IMG/VR virus record: IMGVR_UViG_2671180139_000002
Coordinates: 39,803 to 103,802 of that record
Reading direction: 5' to 3' (one strand)
Length of the DNA stretch: 64,000 bases
DNA from: a virus
Lineage: Duplodnaviria; Heunggongvirae; Uroviricota; Caudoviricetes
Numbering within the stretch: position 1 is the stretch's first letter; the number at the start of each line of letters is the position of its first letter. Shown here one piece after another: positions 16,488 through 25,203 of the stretch. Below the pieces are notes generated by a model. The model worked only from the letters and a program-made list of their open reading frames with translations. It did no database searches and was not told the origin of the DNA. A program made the position numbers and the translations under genes.

Positions 16488-18235
16488 GCCTCACATGCAG
16501 CGCAGGAGAGAAGCGAGCGGACGAACTCCTGCGCGGGGTTAGTCGACCGCTGATAGTAGAAGCTCTTCACGCCCATGCGCCAACCGGCGATCATGAGCTC
16601 GTTCACGTCCTTGAGGGGCGTGTCAGGATGGATCATCAGGTTGATGGACTGGGCCTGGTCGATGAACTTCTGACGGTGCGCAGCCTGGGCCACGATCTCG
16701 CTCTGGTCGATCTCGCCGAACGTCTTGAAGACGTTGCGCTCGTGATCGGTCAGGAAGTCGAGGTGCTGCACCGAGCCGCCGGCGACCAGAATGGAGCGCC
16801 AGGTCTCCGCGTCGTCGCGGCCATATTCCGCCAGGAGCGTCTGCAGGTAGGGGTTCTTGTAGGTGAACTTGCCCTTCGCCAGATCCTTAGTGAAATAGTT
16901 GGAGTTCAGCGGCTCGATCGACGGCGACACCTGGCCCAGGATGAACGAGGACGAGGTCGTGGGCGCGATCGCCATCCGCGTCGTGTTGCGCAGGCCATAG
17001 CCTTCCAGCAGCGGCGGCTCGCCATATTCGAGTGCCATCTGCTTCGACGCTGCCAGCGAGCGCTCATCGATGGTCTTGTGGATCTCGATGTTGAGCAGCT
17101 TGGCCTCGAAGCTGTCGAAGACGAGCATCTTGGACTGCAGGTAGGAATGCCAGCCGAGCGTGCCAATGCCGATCGCGCGCTGGTCCACGGCGAAGCGGTG
17201 CGCTGCCGCCATCAGCTTCTCGTCGGCCGTCTTTTCGATGTACTCGCTCATGACGGCGTCGAGAAAGTAGGTGACGGTCTCGACCAGATCGCTGTCTTTC
17301 CACTCGTCGTAGTGGAGGAGGTTCAGCGAAAGCAGGCAGCAGACGAAGCTCCAAAGCTCGTTGGAGGCCAGCGCGATCTCGGTGCAGAGATTGGAGGCGT
17401 GGATCCGGATGCCCTTGTCGCGATAGACCTGGGGCGCGTTCTGGTTCACCGTGTCGGTGAAGAAGAGGTACGGATAGCCGGTCTCGAAGCGCTTACGCAG
17501 GACCCGCAGCCAGACGCGCCGCTTCTCCTTGTCGCCGGCGATCATCTCCTCCATCCAGGCGTCCGAAATACAGACGCCCAGGCTGACGTGCTGGATCGGG
17601 TGACCCTCTTCGCGGCATTCCAGATACTCGTCGATGTCGGGGTGATCGATATCGAGGTAGATGGCGCAGTTGCCGCGACGAACGTTCGCCTGACTGATGA
17701 CGCTGGTATGGGTCTGCACCAGCTCCATGAAGTGAACCGGGCCGTTGGAAATGCCGCCGCCGGAGATCGGGGCGCCGCGGCCGCGCAGCGCGCCAAAGTA
17801 GGCGCTGGTGCCGGCGCCGTGCTTCGTCATCATCCCGATCTCGGCCGTCTTGAGCAGGATGCTCTCGGTCGTGTCCTCGAGATAGGAGCCGTTGCAGGAG
17901 ATCGGCAGACCGCGATCGGTGCCGAAGTTGGACCAGACGGGCGAGGCCAGCGAGATCCAGCCGTTGAGCATGTAGCGCTCGAACTTGTCCGCGAACCCTG
18001 GCTTGTCCAGGATGCGCTCCGCCGTTTCCGCGATGACGCGAATACGACCTTCCGCAGTCTGTCCCTCAGCCAGGTAACCCCGGCTCAGGAATGTGCGCGA
18101 GTCTTCATTGAGCCAATAAGCGACCATCAGAACAGCTCTTCTTCCTTGTAGACCTTGTGGTTCTTTGAATATTCGACGGGCTTCTTGAAGAAGAAGTCTG
18201 TCATGTTGTTGCCGAGAGTTTCCTCTTCCATCCAC
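16484..18235 (-). CDS. nrdA: ribonucleotide reductase class I large subunit
   Basis: C-terminal catalytic-region motifs (ASNLCTEI, GIGTLGWH, PTTSSSF); C-terminal CAACEA tail typical of R1. The true start probably lies downstream of 18235 because this ORF overlaps the nrdB end. Confidence 0.8.
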   Translation of the reverse strand: MDGRGNSRQQHDRLLLQEARRIFKEPQGLQGRRAVLMVAYWLNEDSRTFLSRGYLAEGQTAEGRIRVIAETAERILDKPGFADKFERYMLNGWISLASPVWSNFGTDRGLPISCNGSYLEDTTESILLKTAEIGMMTKHGAGTSAYFGALRGRGAPISGGGISNGPVHFMELVQTHTSVISQANVRRGNCAIYLDIDHPDIDEYLECREEGHPIQHVSLGVCISDAWMEEMIAGDKEKRRVWLRVLRKRFETGYPYLFFTDTVNQNAPQVYRDKGIRIHASNLCTEIALASNELWSFVCCLLSLNLLHYDEWKDSDLVETVTYFLDAVMSEYIEKTADEKLMAAAHRFAVDQRAIGIGTLGWHSYLQSKMLVFDSFEAKLLNIEIHKTIDERSLAASKQMALEYGEPPLLEGYGLRNTTRMAIAPTTSSSFILGQVSPSIEPLNSNYFTKDLAKGKFTYKNPYLQTLLAEYGRDDAETWRSILVAGGSVQHLDFLTDHERNVFKTFGEIDQSEIVAQAAHRQKFIDQAQSINLMIHPDTPLKDVNELMIAGWRMGVKSFYYQRSTNPAQEFVRSLLSCAACEA

Positions 18236-19107
18236 AGGGTCTGCGCGAGGGCTTCCTGGTCGATCTCGGCACCGAAGACCGGCGCAAAGCCGATGCTCTT
18301 GAGGGAGTCGTCCAGGCGGCCCTGGATGTACGTCTTGAGGATGTGCGCATTGAGCTTGGGCTGGTCGAAGTTGCCGACGATCCAGTCGATGATCTTGGCT
18401 TCAGCGTTGAAGGCGACCCGCGTTTCTTCCAGGATGCGCGCCTCGAGCTCGGCGTCGAACAGCTCCGGGTATTCCTCGCGCATGGTGTTGATCAGCTTGA
18501 TGCCGATCTGCGCGTGGAGCATCTCCTCGTTGCGGGTGTACTGGACCTGCTGAGCCGTATCCTTCAGCACGTTCCGGAAGCGGTTGAACCAGAGGACGAT
18601 GTAGAACTGGCTGAAAAGGGAGGCGTTCTCCACGAAGAGCGTGAAGAGGGTGATGGCGTAGATGTACTGCTTGCGCCGATCGTCGCCGTAGACGCCCTTC
18701 AGGTACTTCCGCAGATAGTCGACCCGCCCTTTGACCACCGGCTCCTTCAGGTTCTCCTCGAAGACATCGCCCAGGCGCAGCGTGTCGAGCAGCTTCTCGT
18801 AAGCCTGGTTGTGAATGACCTCGGTATTCGCCATCGCGAAGCCCAGGTCGGACATGGAGGGATGCGGCAGGTTCTCACCGAGCTGCGCCCAGAAGCGCTT
18901 CACGGCGATCTCGATCTGGCCGATGGCGGACAACGTGCGAACGACGATCTGGCGCTCGTCGTCGACCATCTCCGTCTTGAACTGGGCGTAGTCCGCCTTG
19001 AAGTCGAACTCGTTGGGCGTCCAGAAGCCGGCCCAAATCTTGTCGATGAATTCCTGGGTCCACGGATAGAGGTTGGGCTTCCGTGCGACCTGTTCCTGAA
19101 ACAGCAT
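18127..19107 (-). CDS. nrdB: ribonucleotide reductase class I small subunit
   Basis: Di-iron/tyrosyl-radical R2 signature (EVIHNQAYEKLL, FSQFYIVLW) and a C-terminal tail; 326 aa. Confidence 0.85.
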   Translation of the reverse strand: MLFQEQVARKPNLYPWTQEFIDKIWAGFWTPNEFDFKADYAQFKTEMVDDERQIVVRTLSAIGQIEIAVKRFWAQLGENLPHPSMSDLGFAMANTEVIHNQAYEKLLDTLRLGDVFEENLKEPVVKGRVDYLRKYLKGVYGDDRRKQYIYAITLFTLFVENASLFSQFYIVLWFNRFRNVLKDTAQQVQYTRNEEMLHAQIGIKLINTMREEYPELFDAELEARILEETRVAFNAEAKIIDWIVGNFDQPKLNAHILKTYIQGRLDDSLKSIGFAPVFGAEIDQEALAQTLWMEEETLGNNMTDFFFKKPVEYSKNHKVYKEEELF

Positions 19108-19150
19108 GATTGCCTGCGGAGAGGAGAGTGAAAGGGTGCCTATCCTAGTT

Positions 19151-19169
19151 AAGTCAGTATTTACTTACT
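19151..19169. promoter_or_regulatory. palindromic motif instance (AAGTCAGTATTTACTTACT)
   Basis: Intergenic between the RuvC-like gene and nrdB. Confidence 0.5.
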
Positions 19170-19192
19170 AGTCTTGACGTCGGAAAAATCGG

Positions 19193-19762
19193 TCAGGCGG
19201 CGGCGCGATAAAGAGCCATCACCGCCTTGAACTCGTCGGTGCGGATGCCGGCGTGAACAACAGCAAGAGCATCGGCCATATGCTCGTTGTCCTCGTGCAG
19301 ATCGCCCTTCGCGTGGTTCTTGGTCGCTTTCGTGTAGCGGAGCCAGGGAAGGTGAGGGTAGGTCTCCTCGGCCCACTCGATCATCTCCTCCTTGGAGGCG
19401 GTCTTGGTGCCGACGGTCGCGAGCTTCGTCTCGAAAGGCTGCACCTGAATGAGCGGGATGGGGCAGGAGGCCAGCAGACCCACGGCGATGCCAAAGCCGT
19501 AGACCGCGCGGGCCGACTGACCGCCGGAGGGAATTTCTGCGAAGGCGTACTTGCAGCCGGTCGTTCCTAGATAGAGCTCGCCGTAGAGCTCACGGGCCCG
19601 ACGCAGATCATCCGAGTTCTGCCGCACGACCTTGTTGGCGCGCTTGTCGGTATGAGCGGACTTGATGCTCTCAGCCGTCAAATTGAAGGTGTCGAGATCG
19701 AGCGACATGCGCGCGATCCCCATATTGGCGAGTGCCGGATCGAATCCGACAACCTTGATCAT
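19193..19762 (-). CDS. RuvC-like Holliday-junction resolvase
   Basis: MIKVVGFDPALANMGIA (RuvC-like N-terminus with catalytic D), internal E, and C-terminal HEDNEHMADALAV (RuvC-like DAADALA region). Confidence 0.6.
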   Translation of the reverse strand: MIKVVGFDPALANMGIARMSLDLDTFNLTAESIKSAHTDKRANKVVRQNSDDLRRARELYGELYLGTTGCKYAFAEIPSGGQSARAVYGFGIAVGLLASCPIPLIQVQPFETKLATVGTKTASKEEMIEWAEETYPHLPWLRYTKATKNHAKGDLHEDNEHMADALAVVHAGIRTDEFKAVMALYRAAA

Positions 19763-19767
19763 GTTCA

Positions 19768-20199
19768 TCAGAAAATTCCCCACAGTGGGTTGGAATGGTT
19801 GCGCCGCTTCAGTTCGGCGGCTTGCTGGGCAGCCTGCTGCGCGCGCTCTTCGGCAATTTCACGGGTGGTAGCGGCGAGCGCCTTGTGACCGTCGATGCCG
19901 ATTTTCCAGACGACGCTGCCGTCGCCAGTGTTGCAGAACTGGAGACCGTGAAAGACGCCGAACTCGTGGGTCACCTTCGGCACCACGGTCATCGGCGGAA
20001 CAAGCGTCAGTCTACCTTCGGCGCCCGGTCTCGCCACCTTGATGCTGTGGCGCTTCCGCTGAACACCGGTGCTACTGACACGGAGCGTGGTGACTAGCTC
20101 GAACGTCTTGCCGTTGACGCAGAAAACGTCATCCCCGATCCCGGCAAGTTCGACTTTTCGAGCGCAGAGCTCCATCAGTTCGCGGCAGATGATCATCAA
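19768..20199 (-). CDS. WGxF-tail family protein (paralog A)
   Basis: Ends NPLWGIF-COOH; VELAGIGDDVFCVNGKTFELV is paralogous to VPLYGVDGMKFRLRDATFELV in 20196..20789. Confidence 0.5.
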   Translation of the reverse strand: MMIICRELMELCARKVELAGIGDDVFCVNGKTFELVTTLRVSSTGVQRKRHSIKVARPGAEGRLTLVPPMTVVPKVTHEFGVFHGLQFCNTGDGSVVWKIGIDGHKALAATTREIAEERAQQAAQQAAELKRRNHSNPLWGIF

Positions 20200-20789
20200 A
20201 AAAGCCCCCAGTCCGGGTTCTCGGCCTGCCTGGCCTTGCGTTCCTTCTCCTCCCGGATCGCGATGCGCTTGCGTTGCACGCGGCCCTTGGCGAGTGCCTG
20301 ATCGAGAACGGATTGAGGAATGACGTCCCAGTGGCTCATGTGCTCGGCCGTGAATTGGACGAGGCCGCCGAGCTCCTCAAAGGTGATGGTGCCGACCTCG
20401 TCGCGCAGGTCGAAGATCGCCGGAACGTCGAGAACTTCGTAGTGGACTTGCGAACTCACCCTACGAGAGAGACGCCCCGTTGGCTTGCTTCGCGACTTGC
20501 CGCCGAACACCGCCCAGGTGTGCGTGGTAAAGACGTCTTCCAGCAGAAGACCCTGAAAGTGCGTTCCGTCAGGCAGCTCAGTTCCGAAGGCGGATGTTGG
20601 ACGAACGATCGCCACCGGCTTCGAGGCAAAACCACCCTTCTGCTCTAAGGCGGGGCGGATAGCACGCGCGTGCTTGCCATCCGGCACCAGCTCGAAGGTG
20701 GCATCTCGCAGACGAAACTTCATGCCGTCGACGCCGTAAAGCGGCACCGTCTTCCCGAGGATTGCGCGAAGCTCGTCGTGGAGCTGCAT
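20196..20789 (-). CDS. WGxF-tail family protein (paralog B)
   Basis: Ends NPDWGLF-COOH; the N-terminal domain is paralogous to 19768..20199. Confidence 0.5.
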   Translation of the reverse strand: MQLHDELRAILGKTVPLYGVDGMKFRLRDATFELVPDGKHARAIRPALEQKGGFASKPVAIVRPTSAFGTELPDGTHFQGLLLEDVFTTHTWAVFGGKSRSKPTGRLSRRVSSQVHYEVLDVPAIFDLRDEVGTITFEELGGLVQFTAEHMSHWDVIPQSVLDQALAKGRVQRKRIAIREEKERKARQAENPDWGLF

Positions 20790-21238
20790 CAGAACATGCC
20801 CCAGGATCGGTTCTGCTCGTACTTGCCGACTTCTTCGACCTGGTGAGCGTCTTCGCGGGCCTGCTTATGCTCCTTGAGGAACTTCGAGCGCGCCTTCGAC
20901 CAGCCGAGCTTCGCATCCTGGCCGAGGATCTCGATCAAGACATCCTCCAGGCCCTTGCAAACCTCGAACGCCTGCTTGTCGCCGAGCTCCATCTGCACAA
21001 AGCCCTGCGCGTCGAAGGGCTCGAACTCGATGATGTACTGGGCGCGCTTACCGGGACGAATACCCTTCAGAAGGAAGTCCTCGCCGCCGACGAACTTCTG
21101 GCTCTTGTAGGTGCCGCCTTCCTTCAGGATCGAGGCCGTGACCGGGCCGCTGAGGCTCGCGCCGAACTTGTCGCTGCGCTTTGCGAGCGCCTGATTGATC
21201 TCCTCGACGATCGGGTCGACGGTGGTGCTTGTCGTCAT
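20789..21238 (-). CDS. WGxF-tail family protein
   Basis: Ends NRSWGMF-COOH; a palindromic motif sits 10 nt upstream of its ATG. Confidence 0.5.
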   Translation of the reverse strand: MTTSTTVDPIVEEINQALAKRSDKFGASLSGPVTASILKEGGTYKSQKFVGGEDFLLKGIRPGKRAQYIIEFEPFDAQGFVQMELGDKQAFEVCKGLEDVLIEILGQDAKLGWSKARSKFLKEHKQAREDAHQVEEVGKYEQNRSWGMF

Positions 21239-21247
21239 TGCGTTTCC

Positions 21248-21263
21248 AGTCAGTATTGACTTA
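21248..21263. promoter_or_regulatory. palindromic motif instance (AGTCAGTATTGACTTA) with gene-strand GCTATAAT 8 nt upstream
   Basis: Gene strand reads cgcTATAATtgattttgTAAGTCAATACTGACTggaaacgcaATG. Confidence 0.55.
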
Positions 21264-21268
21264 CAAAA

Positions 21269-21466
21269 TCAATTATAGCGAAGCGGTGTCGGCTGCGCAT
21301 TCATTCGGCGCAGAAGCGATCGGGTATTCAGCACCGATCGGTGATCCGACGGCGTGCATGAGGCGAAGACCGGTTTGCCACCGCCGGGCGGCACCAGCTT
21401 CCAGTGCTTGCTCGCCCGGCTGACCAACCAACCTTTGCCCCCATACTCGCGGATCAGGTCCTGCAT
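21269..21466 (-). CDS. hypothetical protein, weak HicA-like pattern
   Basis: GKGWLVSRASKHWKL loosely resembles the HicA G[FW]xxxRxxGSHxx[FW] motif; 65 aa; the region has competing frames. Confidence 0.2.
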   Translation of the reverse strand: MQDLIREYGGKGWLVSRASKHWKLVPPGGGKPVFASCTPSDHRSVLNTRSLLRRMNAQPTPLRYN

Positions 21467-21480
21467 CTCGGATTTGTGGG

Positions 21481-21750
21481 TCACCACATCTCCTCCGAGA
21501 AGAGGAGATCTTGGCTGCCGTGCTTCTCGCGGATCTGTCCTGCAGCCTGGGCGATCTTCAGCCCTTCGACGCGATCCACGAACCGGTTGTTGCTGGTGAG
21601 GAAGCCTTGTGGCGAATTCCCACCAACAGGCAGAGTTTCCGGAGCGCGCTCGGCGATCCGTGCGATGATGTGATGGTGCCGGCATGGCCGTGGCAGATGC
21701 CATCGCTTGCCTGCATGAACGATGGCTGCACGGGTGATAGTCTCAGGCAA
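21481..21750 (-). CDS. hypothetical protein
   Basis: 89-aa ORF; no recognisable motif. Confidence 0.25.
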   Translation of the reverse strand: MPETITRAAIVHAGKRWHLPRPCRHHHIIARIAERAPETLPVGGNSPQGFLTSNNRFVDRVEGLKIAQAAGQIREKHGSQDLLFSEEMW

Positions 21751-21756
21751 GAGTGA

Positions 21757-21993
21757 TCAACCCTCCTGCACGGCGCGAAGCAGGCTGCTGACAGCATCTT
21801 CCGGTGTTGAACCTCGCCCTTCAAATTCGGCAGGACTTTCGCCAATCAAGACATGCGGGCAGGTATTCCCGATCAGTGCGAGCCATTCAGACGATCCCGG
21901 TTTGTCACCTGGGAGAAAGAAGAGGCCGAACTCCACGTCGCCGGTCTTCAGCGTGATGACCTGATCGATGAGAGTGGTCAGGCTGACACTCAT
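21757..21993 (-). CDS. hypothetical protein
   Basis: 78-aa ORF in the gene-strand series. Confidence 0.35.
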   Translation of the reverse strand: MSVSLTTLIDQVITLKTGDVEFGLFFLPGDKPGSSEWLALIGNTCPHVLIGESPAEFEGRGSTPEDAVSSLLRAVQEG

Positions 21994-22223
21994 TCCTGCG
22001 CACTCTTTTCGTCTGCGGCGGCCTCAGTCACACGAGAAGCAAACCGCTCTACAAGCCAATAGCGTTTGGGGCCGGGCGTACATTTGTAGCCCGGTTCTGA
22101 TCTACCAATGACTTCGCGCGTTCCAACAATCTCCCAAGCGGAGTGATCAGGCTCGCTCCGAGGATGGATATTCTCCGGGCCGCCTATCGCCTCGAAAAAG
22201 GCTTTGCTGCTTACCTCGATCAT
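21990..22223 (-). CDS. hypothetical protein
   Basis: 77-aa ORF, 4-nt overlap with neighbouring genes. Confidence 0.35.
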   Translation of the reverse strand: MIEVSSKAFFEAIGGPENIHPRSEPDHSAWEIVGTREVIGRSEPGYKCTPGPKRYWLVERFASRVTEAAADEKSAQE

Positions 22224-22843
22224 CGCGGCTGCTCCTTCTCGTCTGCGGCGGCTTCGGGCTTGACGGCGAGCGCATCCCTTGGAAGCCAGCCGATAACGGC
22301 ACCGTCACCGAAAGCTTCCGGAGCATCGGGACCGAACTCTTCGACTTCCTCCTGTCCGATATCGTCACCGAGGACCCAAGTGGCTCCACTGTACTCACGA
22401 GGGGATACCGGGGTTTCTTCCGACCACTCGCCGGGGAAGAACCTCCCTTCGATTACTCCATGCGCTCGGTGGAGAAGTAGCACCTCTGTCCCGTCCCGAG
22501 GTGCATCGCGCATACTGCGCCAGCCGGCCCGCAGCCCTGCGTCTGCAGCGGGTGGAGTGGTGAGCTTAGCGATCCACCCCGCCGCATACCGCTGATCTTC
22601 AGGAGTTGCCTTACCCGACGCCAGCAGTCGCCAGAGTGCATCCTCCGACACAGCAGCGGTGTTGGTTGCCTCGCCAACAAAAAGCGGCTCAGCCTTCGGT
22701 GCATTCTCCGCTGCGGCGGTGATGGCGTTCTCGCGAGCAGCCCAGCCGCAGCGAAAAGCAAACTCGTGACCTTCGCCGATCCCTGGACTGCTTCGGAATT
22801 CCCGCCAGGCATCATCGATCGCAGGGATCATTTTCTCGGTCAT
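22220..22843 (-). CDS. hypothetical protein (DUF551-like WRSMRDAPRDGTEVLLL segment)
   Basis: 207 aa; GWRSMRDAPRDGTEVLLL resembles the DUF551 phage motif; 4-nt overlap with sbcC. Confidence 0.35.
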   Translation of the reverse strand: MTEKMIPAIDDAWREFRSSPGIGEGHEFAFRCGWAARENAITAAAENAPKAEPLFVGEATNTAAVSEDALWRLLASGKATPEDQRYAAGWIAKLTTPPAADAGLRAGWRSMRDAPRDGTEVLLLHRAHGVIEGRFFPGEWSEETPVSPREYSGATWVLGDDIGQEEVEEFGPDAPEAFGDGAVIGWLPRDALAVKPEAAADEKEQPR

Positions 22844-24777
22844 GCCACCGTCTCCTCAATGGTCGACTGACCGCCCGCCTTGCGCACGGTCACGATCTGC
22901 GAGATCCAGTCCTTGAGATCGGCGTGCGAGATCACCATCACGGAGCCGCGCTCACGCGCCTTCTCGTGCAGAATCGTCGTGAGGCGCTCCAGGCCCGCCG
23001 GATCGAGGGCATCATCAATCTCGTCGCCGATGAAGAGGTCGATCGGCTTGGAAGCGCGCCGCGCAACCAGGTCCTGCAGCGCCAGCGCGGCCGCGATACG
23101 CACCTTTCGCTTCTCGCCGCCGGAGATTGACTTGAAGGTCTCCCCGCCGCAGTCGTTCTCGACCTCGATGGAGAACTTCTCCCGCAGCTCGCCCTTGGCG
23201 TTCTTGACCAGCGTCGACCAGGTGGCCCGGATGTTGCCGTCGGACAGGGCGCCCAGATACTTCGCCGTCTGGTCGTTCAGGAACGGCGTCACCTCGTCGA
23301 GAATGTGGGCGCGCACGCCGGCGGGTGAGAACACCTTGGCGACCGACTTCGCGATTTCCAGAGCGGCTTCAGCCTCCTTCACCTTCTTCTCCGCACCTTC
23401 GATGCGGGAGGTGACCTCCTTGGCCTGATCCATGAGCCGATTGATGATGGCAGCGAACGGGTTGTCCTCTGCCCTGACAGCCTTCGCCTGCTTGGCCCGA
23501 TCGCGCGCCTGATTGATCAGGTTCTCGCGCTTACGTTCCAGGGCAGCGATGTTGCTCATCTTCGTGTTCAGAGACGCGCTAAGTGCGCTCGCTTCGCTGA
23601 CATCAGTCAGACTAGCGCGATGCGTCGAAAGCGCGTCACGCGCGCTCTGAGCGCGTTTCTGAGCGCTTTCCACCTGCGAGCGCGTCGTCGCAAACTGCTT
23701 CTTGACGTCAGCGAGCTTGGCGCGGGCGCGCGTCGTCGCTTCTTCCAGGTCGTGCTCGCAATATGCCTTGCCGCACTCGCCGCAGGGCTGACCGACGCGC
23801 TCGCTGATGCCGTCAAGATCGACCTTCGCGCGGTCGAAAGCGACCTTGAGCGAGCGAAGATCCGCAGTGCCGGAAGCAACCTCGCGTTCGATCTTCGCAA
23901 GTTCGTCGGCGAGACGGCGTTCTTCCGCCTGTTCGCCCTTCACGCCGGCGAGCTTGTCCTGCGCTTCCTTAAGGGCAGTCTCGACGCCGCTCTTGCCTGC
24001 GGCCGTGATCTCGGATCCCAGCTCGCCAGCCTGGCGTGCCAGTTCCCGCGCTTCCTCGGCAAGAGAACGCAGACGATCGCGGCGGCGCTTCTCGAAGCCG
24101 GCGTGATCGGTGTTGGCCTGCTCCTGCTGCGCGATGATCGAGGTCTGAGCCACGATCTCAGCCTTGAGGCTCGCCTCCGCGTAGGTCTTGTCGCTCTCCT
24201 TCTGCAGGAGGCGCTTGCGGGCGACCTCGTATGCCTGTTCGAGCACCGTAGTGCCGGAGGCTTCCTCGACCAGGAGCTTGAGTTTCTTGTCGGTCATGCC
24301 GGGCAGGTCGGGCATCTTCTCCTGACCTGCATAGACGGAGCCGCAGAAGACCTCGAAGGACGAGCCGATGACCTTCAGCACCTCTTCCTGGGTCAGCTTG
24401 TCGGTGCCCTTGGTGAGATCGGTCCAGTCGCCGGTGGCGTCCTGCTTGAAGAGGTGCAGGGCATTCTTCCCCTGCTTGTGTTTGCGATGGCGAACGATCT
24501 TGTAGACGTCGTCGCCGTCGACCGCCGTTGTCGCCACGCGGCAGTTCTTACCCGCCTTGCGATTAACGACGGCATCGCCGCTTTCATCACGCGCCGTGGT
24601 CCCGTACAGGCACCAGCACAGCGCGTCGGCAATGGAGGACTTGCCGGCGCCGTTGGAATGGGCCGAGGAATCGTCCTCGTTGATACCTTGGAAGAGAACG
24701 AGGCCGCGATCGGCCAAGCTGAGCTTGGCCTGGCCGATCGTCAGAAAGTTCTCGATTTCGAGCTGGGGGAAATTCAC
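22840..24777 (-). CDS. SbcC/Rad50-like recombination ATPase (T4 gp46-like)
   Basis: N-terminal Walker A (SNGAGKSSIADAL), long coiled coil with a CxxC zinc hook (CGECGKAYC), C-terminal ABC signature SGGEKRKV and Walker B DLFIGDEID. Confidence 0.85.
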   Translation of the reverse strand: MNFPQLEIENFLTIGQAKLSLADRGLVLFQGINEDDSSAHSNGAGKSSIADALCWCLYGTTARDESGDAVVNRKAGKNCRVATTAVDGDDVYKIVRHRKHKQGKNALHLFKQDATGDWTDLTKGTDKLTQEEVLKVIGSSFEVFCGSVYAGQEKMPDLPGMTDKKLKLLVEEASGTTVLEQAYEVARKRLLQKESDKTYAEASLKAEIVAQTSIIAQQEQANTDHAGFEKRRRDRLRSLAEEARELARQAGELGSEITAAGKSGVETALKEAQDKLAGVKGEQAEERRLADELAKIEREVASGTADLRSLKVAFDRAKVDLDGISERVGQPCGECGKAYCEHDLEEATTRARAKLADVKKQFATTRSQVESAQKRAQSARDALSTHRASLTDVSEASALSASLNTKMSNIAALERKRENLINQARDRAKQAKAVRAEDNPFAAIINRLMDQAKEVTSRIEGAEKKVKEAEAALEIAKSVAKVFSPAGVRAHILDEVTPFLNDQTAKYLGALSDGNIRATWSTLVKNAKGELREKFSIEVENDCGGETFKSISGGEKRKVRIAAALALQDLVARRASKPIDLFIGDEIDDALDPAGLERLTTILHEKARERGSVMVISHADLKDWISQIVTVRKAGGQSTIEETVA

Positions 24778-25139
24778 GAAGCTTCCCTGGTCATGGTGTT
24801 GACGAGCTCGGCATAGTCGCCGTGCCGGATAGTGGTGCTCGGCTTACTGGCGGCTGCGTGCTGCGAGGCGGGCTTGCGGGCGTTGCCCGGATATTCGGTG
24901 CGCCGGCGCTCGGTCTTCTCGCTGGCGAGACGAACGCTGCTGCGACGGCTGTCTTCGGCGTACTCGCGGACGATCTGCACGTTGGCGTCCGGAAAGAGTT
25001 CCCGATAGCGTTGTGCCGTGAGCAGCGGCAGCCCGGTGTACTTCTCCTCGATCAGCTCCTCGCGGGTGGTCTTCGTCTTGCCCTGGCAAGAGGTAATGAT
25101 CTTCTTGCGGCTGAGGGTGACAGTATAAAGATCGGACAT
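24774..25139 (-). CDS. hypothetical protein
   Basis: 121 aa from the internal Met MSDLYTV...; lies between sbcD and sbcC. Confidence 0.4.
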   Translation of the reverse strand: MSDLYTVTLSRKKIITSCQGKTKTTREELIEEKYTGLPLLTAQRYRELFPDANVQIVREYAEDSRRSSVRLASEKTERRRTEYPGNARKPASQHAAASKPSTTIRHGDYAELVNTMTREAS

Positions 25140-25157
25140 AGCAAAACCTCTTGCGTC

Positions 25158-25180
25158 TTTACTTTTTAAGTATAGATCGC
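25158..25180. promoter_or_regulatory. TATA-containing motif variant (gene-strand TATACTTAAAAAGTAAAG)
   Basis: Between the sbcD stop and the start of gene 24774..25139. Confidence 0.35.
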
Positions 25181-25203
25181 TGTTGCTCGGATTGATCTTG
25201 GAT

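Noticed and set aside
16055-18151. 698-aa plus-strand ORF
   Set aside because: Antisense to nrdA; Arg/Ala/Gly/Leu-rich composition typical of a high-GC antisense frame; no motifs. The minus-strand frame carries clear RNR signatures.
18127-18235. 108-nt overlap between the nrdA ORF start and the nrdB end, as a possible programmed frameshift or fusion
   Set aside because: More simply explained by the track choosing the longest upstream start. nrdA most likely initiates at a downstream start near the nrdB stop, with the two genes in different frames and each complete.
23620-24816. 398-aa plus-strand ORF
   Set aside because: Antisense to sbcC; Leu/Ala/Gly/Arg-rich, no motif.
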